A stretch of DNA of 64,000 bases from a virus. Shown in pieces: positions 9,350-18,857 of the stretch (positions within the stretch are counted from its first letter, which is position 1; every line of letters begins with the position of its first letter). The stretch lies in the IMG/VR virus record IMGVR_UViG_3300032282_004053, positions 3,987 to 67,986 of that record; one strand, 5' to 3'. A model generated the notes under the pieces. That model was not told the origin of the DNA. It worked only from the letters and a program-made list of their open reading frames with translations, and searched no databases. A program made the position numbers and the translations under genes.

Positions 9350-10675
9350 TTAGCCTTGTTTGTTACGATGATCATCATAGATGGCCCACGTACCGAACGG
9401 GGGGTTTGGTTCCGGGTCACCGTGAATAACCCACGTAGTATCACAGTAATTAGGATCACCCCAGCTACCGCAAGGATAACCATCAGTAAAGACGATCAAA
9501 CGTTTAGGATCACGCCCTTCTGCTTTAAGATAGTTAAAGATCGCATCGAAGTCAGTACCTCCACCACCTTGAGGAACATATTCATCGATTGAATCCATAT
9601 TCTCGCTAGTAAAATCTTGCGGGTTATAGATTTCAGTATCAAAGCAAAACACGTGAACCTTAAAGCCATCAAACGCATCCATCATAGCGCCAATCTCAGC
9701 TAAAAATTGTTGAGCCTGTTTGTCGCTGATACTACCTGACATATCGATAGCCACATCCACGTCAATCTCTTCACCAGGAGTCATACCAGGCATGACTGCA
9801 TCCAATTCCCAACCACGACGATTAGGGCGCATCCAACTATAGTCAGAACGAATGGTGCTAGTGATATTAGTCTGAATCAATTCGCGCCAGGGCATGATTG
9901 GATTAGTCGATTGTCTAACCATACGCTCTACACCTTTAGGCAAAGTACCTGCCTCTGCACCTTGAGCAGCACCAATAATTGCCTGCTTTACTTCCTGACG
10001 GACACGTTCACGTTCCTCTTCAGACATCGTAGGACGTTTACCTTTACCTTTGCCGTCTTTCTCATCACCGTCACTATCACCGTCACCTTCATCTGAAGGA
10101 TCCATATGATCATCGATCATTTGGTCAATCAAATCGTCAAGTGAGATTTTTTGGACATTCTTCATAAGGTCATCATAGATTTCCTCAGCAGGAAGACCAT
10201 CATACTTTGACTCATACAAACACGGAACTGTAGTGATAAATTGACCAACCTTATGACGTTTAAGGTCTGCATTAACCGCATAGTCATCTGCGATATTCCA
10301 CATCTGCGGGTCACGTGAACCACGACGACCCATATGATCATATACTACGTGCAACACTTCATGGCCAAAAAGAAACTCTACCTCTTTAGTCTTAAGCATC
10401 ATAATAAAGCGGCTGTTGTAGTAGAAATTCAGCCCGTCAGTAGCGGCAGTAGAACACCACTCATCAGCATTGATCAAACGGAGCCGAGTAGCCAAATTAC
10501 CAAAGAAACTATGACGAAGCAGCAACCCAATACGAGCAGTTACCAAACGCTCACGAGCATTAGCATCGACCTTAGCATCAGTAGGACCAACCAAATTCTC
10601 AAATTTCTTGCTACGACGTTTGGATTTAGCCTTAGTGTCAGTCGTAGTCATTGCATGAATCAATTCGTTTTTCAT
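9350..10675 (-). CDS. Putative metallopeptidase with C-terminal VWA-like domain (DUF2201 type)
   Basis: TAATDG...YYN, HEVLH zinc motif, acidic linker, MIDAS DMSGS, GGGGTDF, FTDG. Confidence 0.88.
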   Translation of the reverse strand: MKNELIHAMTTTDTKAKSKRRSKKFENLVGPTDAKVDANARERLVTARIGLLLRHSFFGNLATRLRLINADEWCSTAATDGLNFYYNSRFIMMLKTKEVEFLFGHEVLHVVYDHMGRRGSRDPQMWNIADDYAVNADLKRHKVGQFITTVPCLYESKYDGLPAEEIYDDLMKNVQKISLDDLIDQMIDDHMDPSDEGDGDSDGDEKDGKGKGKRPTMSEEERERVRQEVKQAIIGAAQGAEAGTLPKGVERMVRQSTNPIMPWRELIQTNITSTIRSDYSWMRPNRRGWELDAVMPGMTPGEEIDVDVAIDMSGSISDKQAQQFLAEIGAMMDAFDGFKVHVFCFDTEIYNPQDFTSENMDSIDEYVPQGGGGTDFDAIFNYLKAEGRDPKRLIVFTDGYPCGSWGDPNYCDTTWVIHGDPEPNPPFGTWAIYDDHRNKQG

Positions 10676-10699
10676 ATAGTCTCCTTATTCAATACAAGT

Positions 10700-10728
10700 A
10701 TTATACGCTTGATCTGATTTAATGTCAA
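10700..10728 (-). promoter_or_regulatory. Sigma70-type early promoter
   Basis: TTGACA-17 nt-TATAAT, exact consensus. Confidence 0.85.
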
Positions 10729-10731
10729 GAG

Positions 10732-10757
10732 AAAAAAGGGTGAGATTTCTCTCACCC
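10732..10757 (-). terminator. Intrinsic terminator after the AAA ATPase gene
   Basis: GGGTGAGA-GAAA-TCTCACCC followed by T6. Confidence 0.85.
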
Positions 10758-10763
10758 CAAATC

Positions 10764-11864
10764 CTAGTTATTCGCATCTACGATATATTTACCGTATTTT
10801 TTGTAGAATTGATCAAAGTTAGACAATTGACTTGGTTCAATCGGAAGTTTGTATGTCTTAAGCGCAATCTTCGCACCCATAACAACCAACTCAGTCTCAA
10901 AGTTATTCATCATGTAGCTGAAAAAGTTATCAGCCATTGCATGAAATTCTTTAGTCTTGACCTTACCGTTATCAATCGCATCCTTCAATTCATAACACAT
11001 TGCGATAGTCAAAGAATACATCGCACTGATTTCCTTAACATTCAATTCAGTAACCTTACCAGAAAGAATGTCGCTGGGTTCAGGCATCTTACCTGCAATC
11101 TTGCGGTGTGCAGTAAATTTAACTGCAAGCCCTTCACCAACAGTACCGGCAATCAAATTAAACTGAGTATCATTATCCATATCATCATCAGACAATAGAT
11201 CGCTCACAAATGACCAAGTGCGGGGAGTAGCAAAGGCCCGGCTTGCTGATTTGCTATCAAAATCATAGAGATCCTGTTTAGCAAACGACAGATAACCAAC
11301 CACGTCCTTATGAATACCTTTGTTAACAGCCCATTGTTGCCAGCTAGTAAAGTCGGCGCGCATTTCAAGGTGAATAAAACGATTTGCGAGGGGCATCGGC
11401 ATGCGATAAGTAACACCCTTGTCACTGTCACGATTACCTGCTGCGACAATAACCACGTTATCGGGAAGAAAATACTTACCAACGCGACGGTTCAAAATCA
11501 ATTGATATCCAGCTGCTTGCACTGCAGGAGATGCACTGTTCATTTCATCAAGGAACAGAACAACAATCGGATACTGCTTTGCAAATTCAGCATCAGGAAG
11601 ATCGACCGGGGGAGCCCAATCCATCTTACCAATTTCTTTATTAAAGAAGGGGATGCCGCGAATATCAGTCGGTTCCATCTGAGCCATACGCAAATCGATA
11701 ATTGCGCCACCCAATTCAGTAGCAATATCCGCTACGACTTCTGATTTACCGATGCCCGGCGGGCCCCAAAGAAACACAGGACGTTTAGTGCTAAACGCCT
11801 TCAAAATTGCTTTACGTGCTTGCAGGCTGGTGATAGTTTTTGCGTCGCTAACTGCTGATGACAT
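10764..11864 (-). CDS. MoxR-like AAA+ ATPase (AAA_5)
   Basis: Walker A GPPGIGKS, Walker B LFLDE, AAGN sensor, LANRF arginine finger, TPRTW. Confidence 0.92.
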   Translation of the reverse strand: MSSAVSDAKTITSLQARKAILKAFSTKRPVFLWGPPGIGKSEVVADIATELGGAIIDLRMAQMEPTDIRGIPFFNKEIGKMDWAPPVDLPDAEFAKQYPIVVLFLDEMNSASPAVQAAGYQLILNRRVGKYFLPDNVVIVAAGNRDSDKGVTYRMPMPLANRFIHLEMRADFTSWQQWAVNKGIHKDVVGYLSFAKQDLYDFDSKSASRAFATPRTWSFVSDLLSDDDMDNDTQFNLIAGTVGEGLAVKFTAHRKIAGKMPEPSDILSGKVTELNVKEISAMYSLTIAMCYELKDAIDNGKVKTKEFHAMADNFFSYMMNNFETELVVMGAKIALKTYKLPIEPSQLSNFDQFYKKYGKYIVDANN

Positions 11865-11903
11865 TTGATGCTCCTTGTATTAATTTATGATTGAAACAAC
11901 AAC

Positions 11904-11932
11904 ATTGTATACTACTTCTGATTTATTGTCAA
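11904..11932 (-). promoter_or_regulatory. Sigma70-type early promoter
   Basis: TTGACA-17 nt-TACAAT. Confidence 0.8.
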
Positions 11933-11940
11933 CCAGAGAA

Positions 11941-12150
11941 TTAACCCCAGTCTTTAAAATCCCCGTCCGCTTCGTTATCATTGAAACCTGCGTTATAGGC
12001 AAGTATTTCATCATGAGTAAGATCGGTAACTTCGGGACCACTGTTTCCCCCTACCCCACCCTTGTGCGGTCTAGGACCACGTCTATAGTAACTATCTGCG
12101 GAACCACGATCATACGGGGAACCATGTGACTTGTCAAATAAACCCTTCAT
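11941..12150 (-). CDS. Small early phage protein
   Basis: 69 aa, GGAG RBS, own promoter. Confidence 0.7.
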   Translation of the reverse strand: MKGLFDKSHGSPYDRGSADSYYRRGPRPHKGGVGGNSGPEVTDLTHDEILAYNAGFNDNEADGDFKDWG

Positions 12151-12181
12151 TTATTACTCCGTTTCGCTAGTGTATGTGAAC

Positions 12182-12210
12182 ATTATAGACCCAATTGAAT
12201 TATTTGTCAA
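12182..12210 (-). promoter_or_regulatory. Sigma70-type early promoter
   Basis: TTGACA-17 nt-TATAAT. Confidence 0.85.
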
Positions 12211-12643
12211 GCGCAGGGAAGCATCGTCTAAGTACTTGATTATAAAGCAATCTTTCTCTGCTAAAAGCTTCGATTTCCCAAGGCCTGTCGTAATATCGCT
12301 TACTACATTGAGTTCCCATCCAAATATAGTTAATTTTTCCAGTACGAGTAGACCTACTCTTTAGCTGGCCACGTGCGTATTGCTTTACGTGAATCATTTC
12401 ATGAGCAGTGGTCTTGATAAGGTCTGCTACCGTAAGTCGGCTATCTAGCATCATAACCAATTCTCTATCATCAATTAGATAGACTGCACCATCAAATCCG
12501 TGTTGTTTCAAAAATTTTGGAGTTGAAATTACTGATAAGGTATACTGGCTCTTTAGTAGCTTTAATCGTTTTGCATAGAATTTAACCAAATGTTCAATAA
12601 CTATCTTTCGATTTTTGGACTTTGAAATGACATCTATTCTCAT
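12200..12643 (-). CDS. Putative phage HEXXH metallopeptidase
   Basis: TTAHEMIHVKQY and PWEIEA motifs. Start moved to ATG 12643 because GTG 12649 directly abuts the -10 box. Confidence 0.75.
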   Translation of the reverse strand: MRIDVISKSKNRKIVIEHLVKFYAKRLKLLKSQYTLSVISTPKFLKQHGFDGAVYLIDDRELVMMLDSRLTVADLIKTTAHEMIHVKQYARGQLKSRSTRTGKINYIWMGTQCSKRYYDRPWEIEAFSRERLLYNQVLRRCFPALDK

Positions 12644-12649
12644 CCACAC

Positions 12650-12678
12650 ATGATATCACAGGTTTTAGGCCGCGTCAA
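12650..12678 (-). promoter_or_regulatory. Sigma70-type early promoter with extended -10
   Basis: TTGACG-17 nt-TATCAT with TG upstream of the -10 box. Confidence 0.65.
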
Positions 12679-12767
12679 TCATTTATGGATAAGAACCTAT
12701 AAATAGTAGCATAATTGGGAACCGTTGTGATTCAAAATGACTAAATACTACAAATAAGGAATAATCC

Positions 12768-13886
12768 ATGAGTTGGCCAGTAAGCCCATATAACGGTGAG
12801 CAAGTAACAATTAACGGTGTATTATATCAATACGATGATGCTCCGGGGGTGTGGAATAGGGTAGGATCCGGTGCTAGTGATGTTACAGTTACATACTTCA
12901 CTACAGGTAATCTAACCGTAACAACTTCGGCAGCATTGGGTAGTATTGCAAATCTATCAATTAGCGGCGGATCATCCGGCTATAGTTTAATTACAGACGG
13001 CTCAGGTGGATTAAGTTGGGCCGCATTAGGTGATGCCGTTGTTCCTGGTGGTGCCAATACTCAAATTCAATTTAATAACGATGGTGTATTTGCCGGTAAT
13101 TCTAATCTGACATATAACACTAGCACACTAATCCTATCAGCACCAAAATTTTCTGGCAACGGGGCAGCACTTAATCATATAACAGGTGCAAATGTCACCG
13201 GTACTGTTGCAAACGCTACATATGCGGTTAATTCAGGTACTGCTACTACTGCCACTACTGCTACTTCTGCTACCACTGCAACTAGTGCCACCACTGCTAC
13301 TACAGCAAGTGTTGCCGGTACTGTATCCACTGCCGCACAACCAAATATTACTAGTGTTGGTACATTAGTATCACTTGTAGTAACTGGAAATATTGATGCT
13401 GGTAATTTGAATTCGCATTCGTATGGTAATCATAACGGCAGAATCGGAACAGTTACACCTAACACAGGTGCATTTACTACTATCACTGCATCTGCTACCG
13501 CGGTAATAACAGGTAACGTTACTGCAGGTAATGCTACCTTAGGTAATCTAGTTACTGCTAACTTTGTTACAGGTGTATTGACTTATGCTTCTTCTGCTCA
13601 GCCAAACATTTCTAGTTTAGGAAGTTTAACTAGTTTAACTGTCGACGGTTATGTACATAGTGATTTGTTGCCAAATGAAACATTAATCTATGATTTAGGC
13701 TCATCTACAAAACGATGGGGTAATGCTTATGTCGGAGATTTTCATTTATCTAATGATAATTTAGTTGGTGGTAATGAAATCGACGGCACAACAGGAAATT
13801 GGACTATTCAAGAAGGGGAACATGATTTGTACATTATTAATAACAAGACAGGTAAAAAATACAAATTTTGCCTAAAGGAAATTTAA
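12768..13886 (+). CDS. Tail fibre-like protein
   Basis: Thr/Gly/Asn-rich, AQPNITS.G.L repeats, C-terminal GNEIDGTTGNWTIQEG...KYKF segment; TAAATA upstream. Confidence 0.8.
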   Translation: MSWPVSPYNGEQVTINGVLYQYDDAPGVWNRVGSGASDVTVTYFTTGNLTVTTSAALGSIANLSISGGSSGYSLITDGSGGLSWAALGDAVVPGGANTQIQFNNDGVFAGNSNLTYNTSTLILSAPKFSGNGAALNHITGANVTGTVANATYAVNSGTATTATTATSATTATSATTATTASVAGTVSTAAQPNITSVGTLVSLVVTGNIDAGNLNSHSYGNHNGRIGTVTPNTGAFTTITASATAVITGNVTAGNATLGNLVTANFVTGVLTYASSAQPNISSLGSLTSLTVDGYVHSDLLPNETLIYDLGSSTKRWGNAYVGDFHLSNDNLVGGNEIDGTTGNWTIQEGEHDLYIINNKTGKKYKFCLKEI

Positions 13887-16800
13887 ATGGCTCTTAATAC
13901 GGGTGGTGCAACAATCGTTGGTAGTTCCGGTGCAGTCGTAAACTCAGGTAGCGGATCGTATACAGATATAACAGTTACCGGACAATTTATAAGTACTGCG
14001 GCTTCCCCTACAGCACCAATGGTAGTATCTAGTAATGTTCTTGTTGCCAATCTTAATGCTCAATATTTAAACGGGTTCCAAACAACATCATCTAACACAC
14101 CAAATACGGTAGTTAACCGAGATGCAGCTAGAAACTTTGCAGCTAATACAATAACCGCACGATTATACGGGGAAGCAAATCTTGCTACAAATGTAACCGG
14201 CGCCGCACAAGGTAATATTACATCATTGGGAACTCTTACTAGCCTATCAGTTACCGGTACGATCAGTTCAGGTAATGCGACGTTAGGCAATGCTGCTACT
14301 GCTAACTTCTTTATTGGTAGCGGTGCCAATTTAGCAAATATTGCCGGCGGTAATGTAGTAGGGACACTTAATAGTACAACATTGGGTAATAGTAATCTAT
14401 ATGTAGGGACAACTGCTATTCCGTTAAACCGAGGATCAGGGGAGCAAACTCTATCAGGGACAAGTGTAACAGGCTCAGCCAATACTGCAAACTATGCAGG
14501 AAATGTTACTGAGGCCGCACAACCAAATATCACTAGTGTAGGAACACTAACCGGATTAGTCGTTAACGGTAATTTAACCGTAACTGGAAGTACAGAATAT
14601 GCAAACGTAACAACCTTTAATGTCAAAGATCCGGTAGTAGAGTTTGGCGGCAATCCAACTGGTACCCCGCTTAGCGGTAATGACGGCAAAGATAGAGGTA
14701 TATTATTACATTATTTCGCTGATAATTATACAGATGCATTTATAGGTTGGGATAATAGTAATGCCGAATTTGCTGTAGGGAGTAACGTAACGTTATCATC
14801 AGATGTAGTCACTTTTAATACATTAGGTAATATACGAGCAAATAATTTCATAGGTAATATCGCAGGAAGTGCGACCGACGCAATTAATGCAGTTAATGTT
14901 ACAAGTAGCGCACAGCCAAATATTACTAGTTTAGGCACGTTAACTAGATTAGCAATAAGTAGCGGGTCACTAACAGCAAATACGCCCGCAAGCGTAACAC
15001 AAACATGGAATAACGGATCTGCAAATTTCTCAGCAGTAGCACTTGATATCACTGATACTGCATCATTGGCAAGTAGTGATCTAATACGTGCGAGAGTCGG
15101 CGGTGTTAATAGATTCCAAGTAAGCAAAACAGGTAATGTTATTGCCTCAATGTTTACTGGAAATGCCAACAACCTATCTAATGTACAAGGGTCAAATGTT
15201 ACGGGCATTGTTGCAAATTCTGCAAATAGTAATCTTGCAAATTATGCAACTAACGTATTAGCTAGTTCTCAACCAAATATTACTAGTGTCGGGACGTTGA
15301 TTGGATTAAATGTAAACTCCGGTGAGCTAGCTGTAGGAAGCGTACCTATCAAAGTATCACAAACTTGGAATAACGTAGATGTCCTGTTTACTGCTATCTC
15401 TGCAAACATAACCGATACTGCTAGCCCGGTTGACGCATTATTAATGGATTTACAAGTTAATACTACTAGTCAGTTTAGTATCAGTAAATTAGGCAATGTT
15501 ACCGCTAATAACTTTATAGGTAACGTTATCGGTACTATTTCAGGTGTTATTGTAGCACCCGGTGTTAACACACAAGTAATATATAATGACAACGGTGCAT
15601 TAGGTGGGACAAACGATTTTACCTTTGACGAAAACTACGGATTAGTCACAAGTAAATTACTAAATGTTACTTCGGGAAGTTTAGTTGCTAGTGGACCGTT
15701 GTTACTTACACAAACATGGAACAATTCTGCTATCGTATTTACCGGCATAAAAGAAAATATAACAGATACCTCCAGTGTATCTACTAGCTTATTAATGGAC
15801 TTGCAAGTCGGTGGTGTATCTAAATTTAAAGTAGATAAGGCTGGTAATATAACCGCAAATAAATTTACAGGGAGCGGAGTTGGTTTAACTAATCTAGCCG
15901 GCGCAAACGTAACCGGTATTGTAGCCAATGCTTTATATGCTTCAAGTGCATTGTATGCCAGTAGTTCCGGTTCAACTACTAGTGCATCAACTGCCGGCAC
16001 AGTAACTGCATGTGCTCAACCCAATATAACAAGTACAGGTACATTAACTTCACTAAACGTTGCATCCGGTACTCTTACTACTAGTATCCCATTAAATCTA
16101 ACACAAACATGGAATAATGCTAGTGTAGCATTTACTGGCATTAAAGAAAATGTCCTTGATACAAGTAGTGCAACATCTTCTCTATTAATAGATTTGCAGG
16201 TCGCGAGTTCTAGTAAATTCAAAGTGTCCAAAGTAGGTGATGTTACTGCTAATGGTTATACCGGATATGGTGCAAATTTATCAGGATTAACTGGCGGAAA
16301 CGTAATAGGTGCAGTTGCTAATGCTACATATGCTGACAGCGCCGGATCAACTATTAGTGCCGAAACAGTAACTGCATGTGCCCAACCCAATATAACAAGT
16401 ACCGGCACTCTAGTAAATCTAGCAGTAGCAACTGGATCAATTGGTTCATCTAGTCCTATTAGTATTACACAGACTTGGGGGAATGCAAGTGTATTGTTTA
16501 CTGGCATCAAAGAGAATATTACTGATAGTGCAAGTAATACTAACTCATTGTTAATAGACCTACAAGTTGCCGGAACTAGTAAATTTAAAGTAACTAAAGG
16601 TGGTAATGCCACTGCTCAATATTATATAGGTAACGGAAGTCAGTTGACCGGTATATCTTCAAACTTTGCAAATTTTGCGGGGAATGTCACAATTGCTGCT
16701 CAACCAAATATTACTAGCCTCGGTATATTAACTCAGCTAACAGTAGAAGGTGCAATAAATTTAGGTGATTTAAGTAACGTTAAGGTGCTGGGTGGCGACG

Positions 16801-18854
16801 CCGGTCAATTATTAAAAACAGATGGTACCGGAAATCTAACATGGGTTGACGGTGGTGGCGGATTACCTGCAGGTGACGATGCTGAGGTTCAGTTTAATGA
16901 TTTAGGTTCTTTTGGCAGCGATATACGTTTCAAATATGACTTTGCGAATGGTATACTATCTGCACCCAAATTTCAAGGAAATGCATCTAGGTTAGATCAT
17001 ATACCAGGTGCCAATGTCGTAGGATTAATTCCTAACGCAAACTATGCAGCTTATGCAGGTAATATTACCATAGCTGCACAGTCAAATATTACTAGTGTGG
17101 GTACATTAACCTCGTTAACAGTATCAGGTACGGCAACATTAGGAAATATCTCAACTGAAGGAACATTAAATGTAACCGGTAATTCTAACTTAGGTAATTT
17201 GGGTGCATCCTTAGGTATATTTACAGGTAACATCACATCCGGAAATGCTAATTTAGGTAATGCGGTTAAGGGCAATTACTTTATTGGTAGCGGTGCTAAT
17301 TTAACAAACTTACCTGCAGGCAATATCGCAGGTACTATAGCTAATGCAAACTATTCTGCGTATGCCGGCAATATTACTATCGCAGGTCAATCAAATATTA
17401 CTAGCGTTGGTACATTAACTAGTTTAATAGTAACAGGTAATATTACATCCGGTAATGCTAACTTAGGGAACGCAGCAACTGCAAACTATTTTATCGGTAG
17501 CGGTGCAAATTTAACTAATATTCCAGCCGCTAATATAGTTGGTACAGTTAATGTAGGCGTGAATGCTGCTGCATATGCAGGCAATGTTACACTAGCTGCA
17601 CAACCAAATATAACAAGTTTAGGTACACTAAGCCAACTAACTATTAATAGCGGGTCACTTACTGCATCTACCCCGATCAATATCACCCAAATATGGAACA
17701 ATAGTAGTGTTGGATTCACTGAATTACAACTTTCGGTAACTGATACTAATAGTGCTAGTACATCAAAACCATTAAACATAATAGTAAATAGTAATTCCGT
17801 GTTTAATATAGATAAAGTTGGTACCGTAACTAGTAAAAATGCTAATTTAGGTAATCTAGCAACGGCTAATTATATAGCCGGAACATTGACGACTGCTTCA
17901 CAACCAAATCTTACTAGTATAGGTACATTGGGCTCGCTAGATGTTACTGGTAATATCAATGTAAGTAATGTACTTATATCAGGTTCTCTATTAGGACCGA
18001 TTAACGGGACTATAGGGGCAACTACTCCAAATACAGGGGCATTTAGTTGGATTGAAGTTAGTACAACTGCAAATGTAGTTGGTAACATACGTTCCGGAAA
18101 TGCAACATTAGGTAATGCAGTAACTGCAAATTATTTTATAGGCGACGGAGGTTTACTTAGCAATCTTGCGTTATCTTCCGCTACTACTGGTTATGCAAAC
18201 TTTGCTAACTATGCAGGAAATGTAACCGTATCCGGTCAAAGTAATATCACTAGTCTTGGTACATTAACTAGTTTAACCGTTAGCGGGGTAACTGCTATTG
18301 CCGGTACGCTTAATGCAACTTCTATAATTGCCAATAGCGGAGTTGCTGCTACAAATACAACAACCGGTGCTATAAAAGTTACCAATGGCGGAGGTATTAG
18401 TGTAGCTGGAAATGCCTATGTAGGTGGAAATCTAGTCGCAAATACAGGAAGTTCATCGGTATCCGTCGATAGTTTATATATCGGCAATACAACATATATT
18501 AGACAATCATCAGAACTACTTAGTACAAAGACAGGGGCGACCGGTACAGTATCACATGATTTTCTTAATGGATGTATCTTTTATCATAGCGCACCTGCTG
18601 CTAATTTCACTCCTAATTTTATCAATGTCCCTACTACTAATAATCAATCAATTGTATTTGTAGTATTAGTCCAACAAGGGGTAAGTCCATACATACCAAA
18701 TGCAGTTCAAGTTAACGGTGTAGCCGTGACTGTCAAATGGTTAAATATGACTTTACCAAACGGACATGCAACGTATTTGGATGCATTTTGTTTTACTCTA
18801 CTAAGAATAAATAATGATTGGATCGCAACAGGACAATTAGTGGTGTACGGATAA
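13887..18854 (+). CDS. Long repetitive tail fibre protein
   Basis: 1655 aa with many AQPNITS.GTLT.L repeats and six TQTWNN...LL.DLQV modules. Confidence 0.85.
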   Translation: MALNTGGATIVGSSGAVVNSGSGSYTDITVTGQFISTAASPTAPMVVSSNVLVANLNAQYLNGFQTTSSNTPNTVVNRDAARNFAANTITARLYGEANLATNVTGAAQGNITSLGTLTSLSVTGTISSGNATLGNAATANFFIGSGANLANIAGGNVVGTLNSTTLGNSNLYVGTTAIPLNRGSGEQTLSGTSVTGSANTANYAGNVTEAAQPNITSVGTLTGLVVNGNLTVTGSTEYANVTTFNVKDPVVEFGGNPTGTPLSGNDGKDRGILLHYFADNYTDAFIGWDNSNAEFAVGSNVTLSSDVVTFNTLGNIRANNFIGNIAGSATDAINAVNVTSSAQPNITSLGTLTRLAISSGSLTANTPASVTQTWNNGSANFSAVALDITDTASLASSDLIRARVGGVNRFQVSKTGNVIASMFTGNANNLSNVQGSNVTGIVANSANSNLANYATNVLASSQPNITSVGTLIGLNVNSGELAVGSVPIKVSQTWNNVDVLFTAISANITDTASPVDALLMDLQVNTTSQFSISKLGNVTANNFIGNVIGTISGVIVAPGVNTQVIYNDNGALGGTNDFTFDENYGLVTSKLLNVTSGSLVASGPLLLTQTWNNSAIVFTGIKENITDTSSVSTSLLMDLQVGGVSKFKVDKAGNITANKFTGSGVGLTNLAGANVTGIVANALYASSALYASSSGSTTSASTAGTVTACAQPNITSTGTLTSLNVASGTLTTSIPLNLTQTWNNASVAFTGIKENVLDTSSATSSLLIDLQVASSSKFKVSKVGDVTANGYTGYGANLSGLTGGNVIGAVANATYADSAGSTISAETVTACAQPNITSTGTLVNLAVATGSIGSSSPISITQTWGNASVLFTGIKENITDSASNTNSLLIDLQVAGTSKFKVTKGGNATAQYYIGNGSQLTGISSNFANFAGNVTIAAQPNITSLGILTQLTVEGAINLGDLSNVKVLGGDAGQLLKTDGTGNLTWVDGGGGLPAGDDAEVQFNDLGSFGSDIRFKYDFANGILSAPKFQGNASRLDHIPGANVVGLIPNANYAAYAGNITIAAQSNITSVGTLTSLTVSGTATLGNISTEGTLNVTGNSNLGNLGASLGIFTGNITSGNANLGNAVKGNYFIGSGANLTNLPAGNIAGTIANANYSAYAGNITIAGQSNITSVGTLTSLIVTGNITSGNANLGNAATANYFIGSGANLTNIPAANIVGTVNVGVNAAAYAGNVTLAAQPNITSLGTLSQLTINSGSLTASTPINITQIWNNSSVGFTELQLSVTDTNSASTSKPLNIIVNSNSVFNIDKVGTVTSKNANLGNLATANYIAGTLTTASQPNLTSIGTLGSLDVTGNINVSNVLISGSLLGPINGTIGATTPNTGAFSWIEVSTTANVVGNIRSGNATLGNAVTANYFIGDGGLLSNLALSSATTGYANFANYAGNVTVSGQSNITSLGTLTSLTVSGVTAIAGTLNATSIIANSGVAATNTTTGAIKVTNGGGISVAGNAYVGGNLVANTGSSSVSVDSLYIGNTTYIRQSSELLSTKTGATGTVSHDFLNGCIFYHSAPAANFTPNFINVPTTNNQSIVFVVLVQQGVSPYIPNAVQVNGVAVTVKWLNMTLPNGHATYLDAFCFTLLRINNDWIATGQLVVYG

Positions 18855-18857
18855 TAT

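Noticed and set aside
13238-13305. 9-bp periodic repeat as a CRISPR array or contingency locus
   Set aside because: Degenerate in-frame coding repeat (TATTATSATT) with synonymous variation and no spacers
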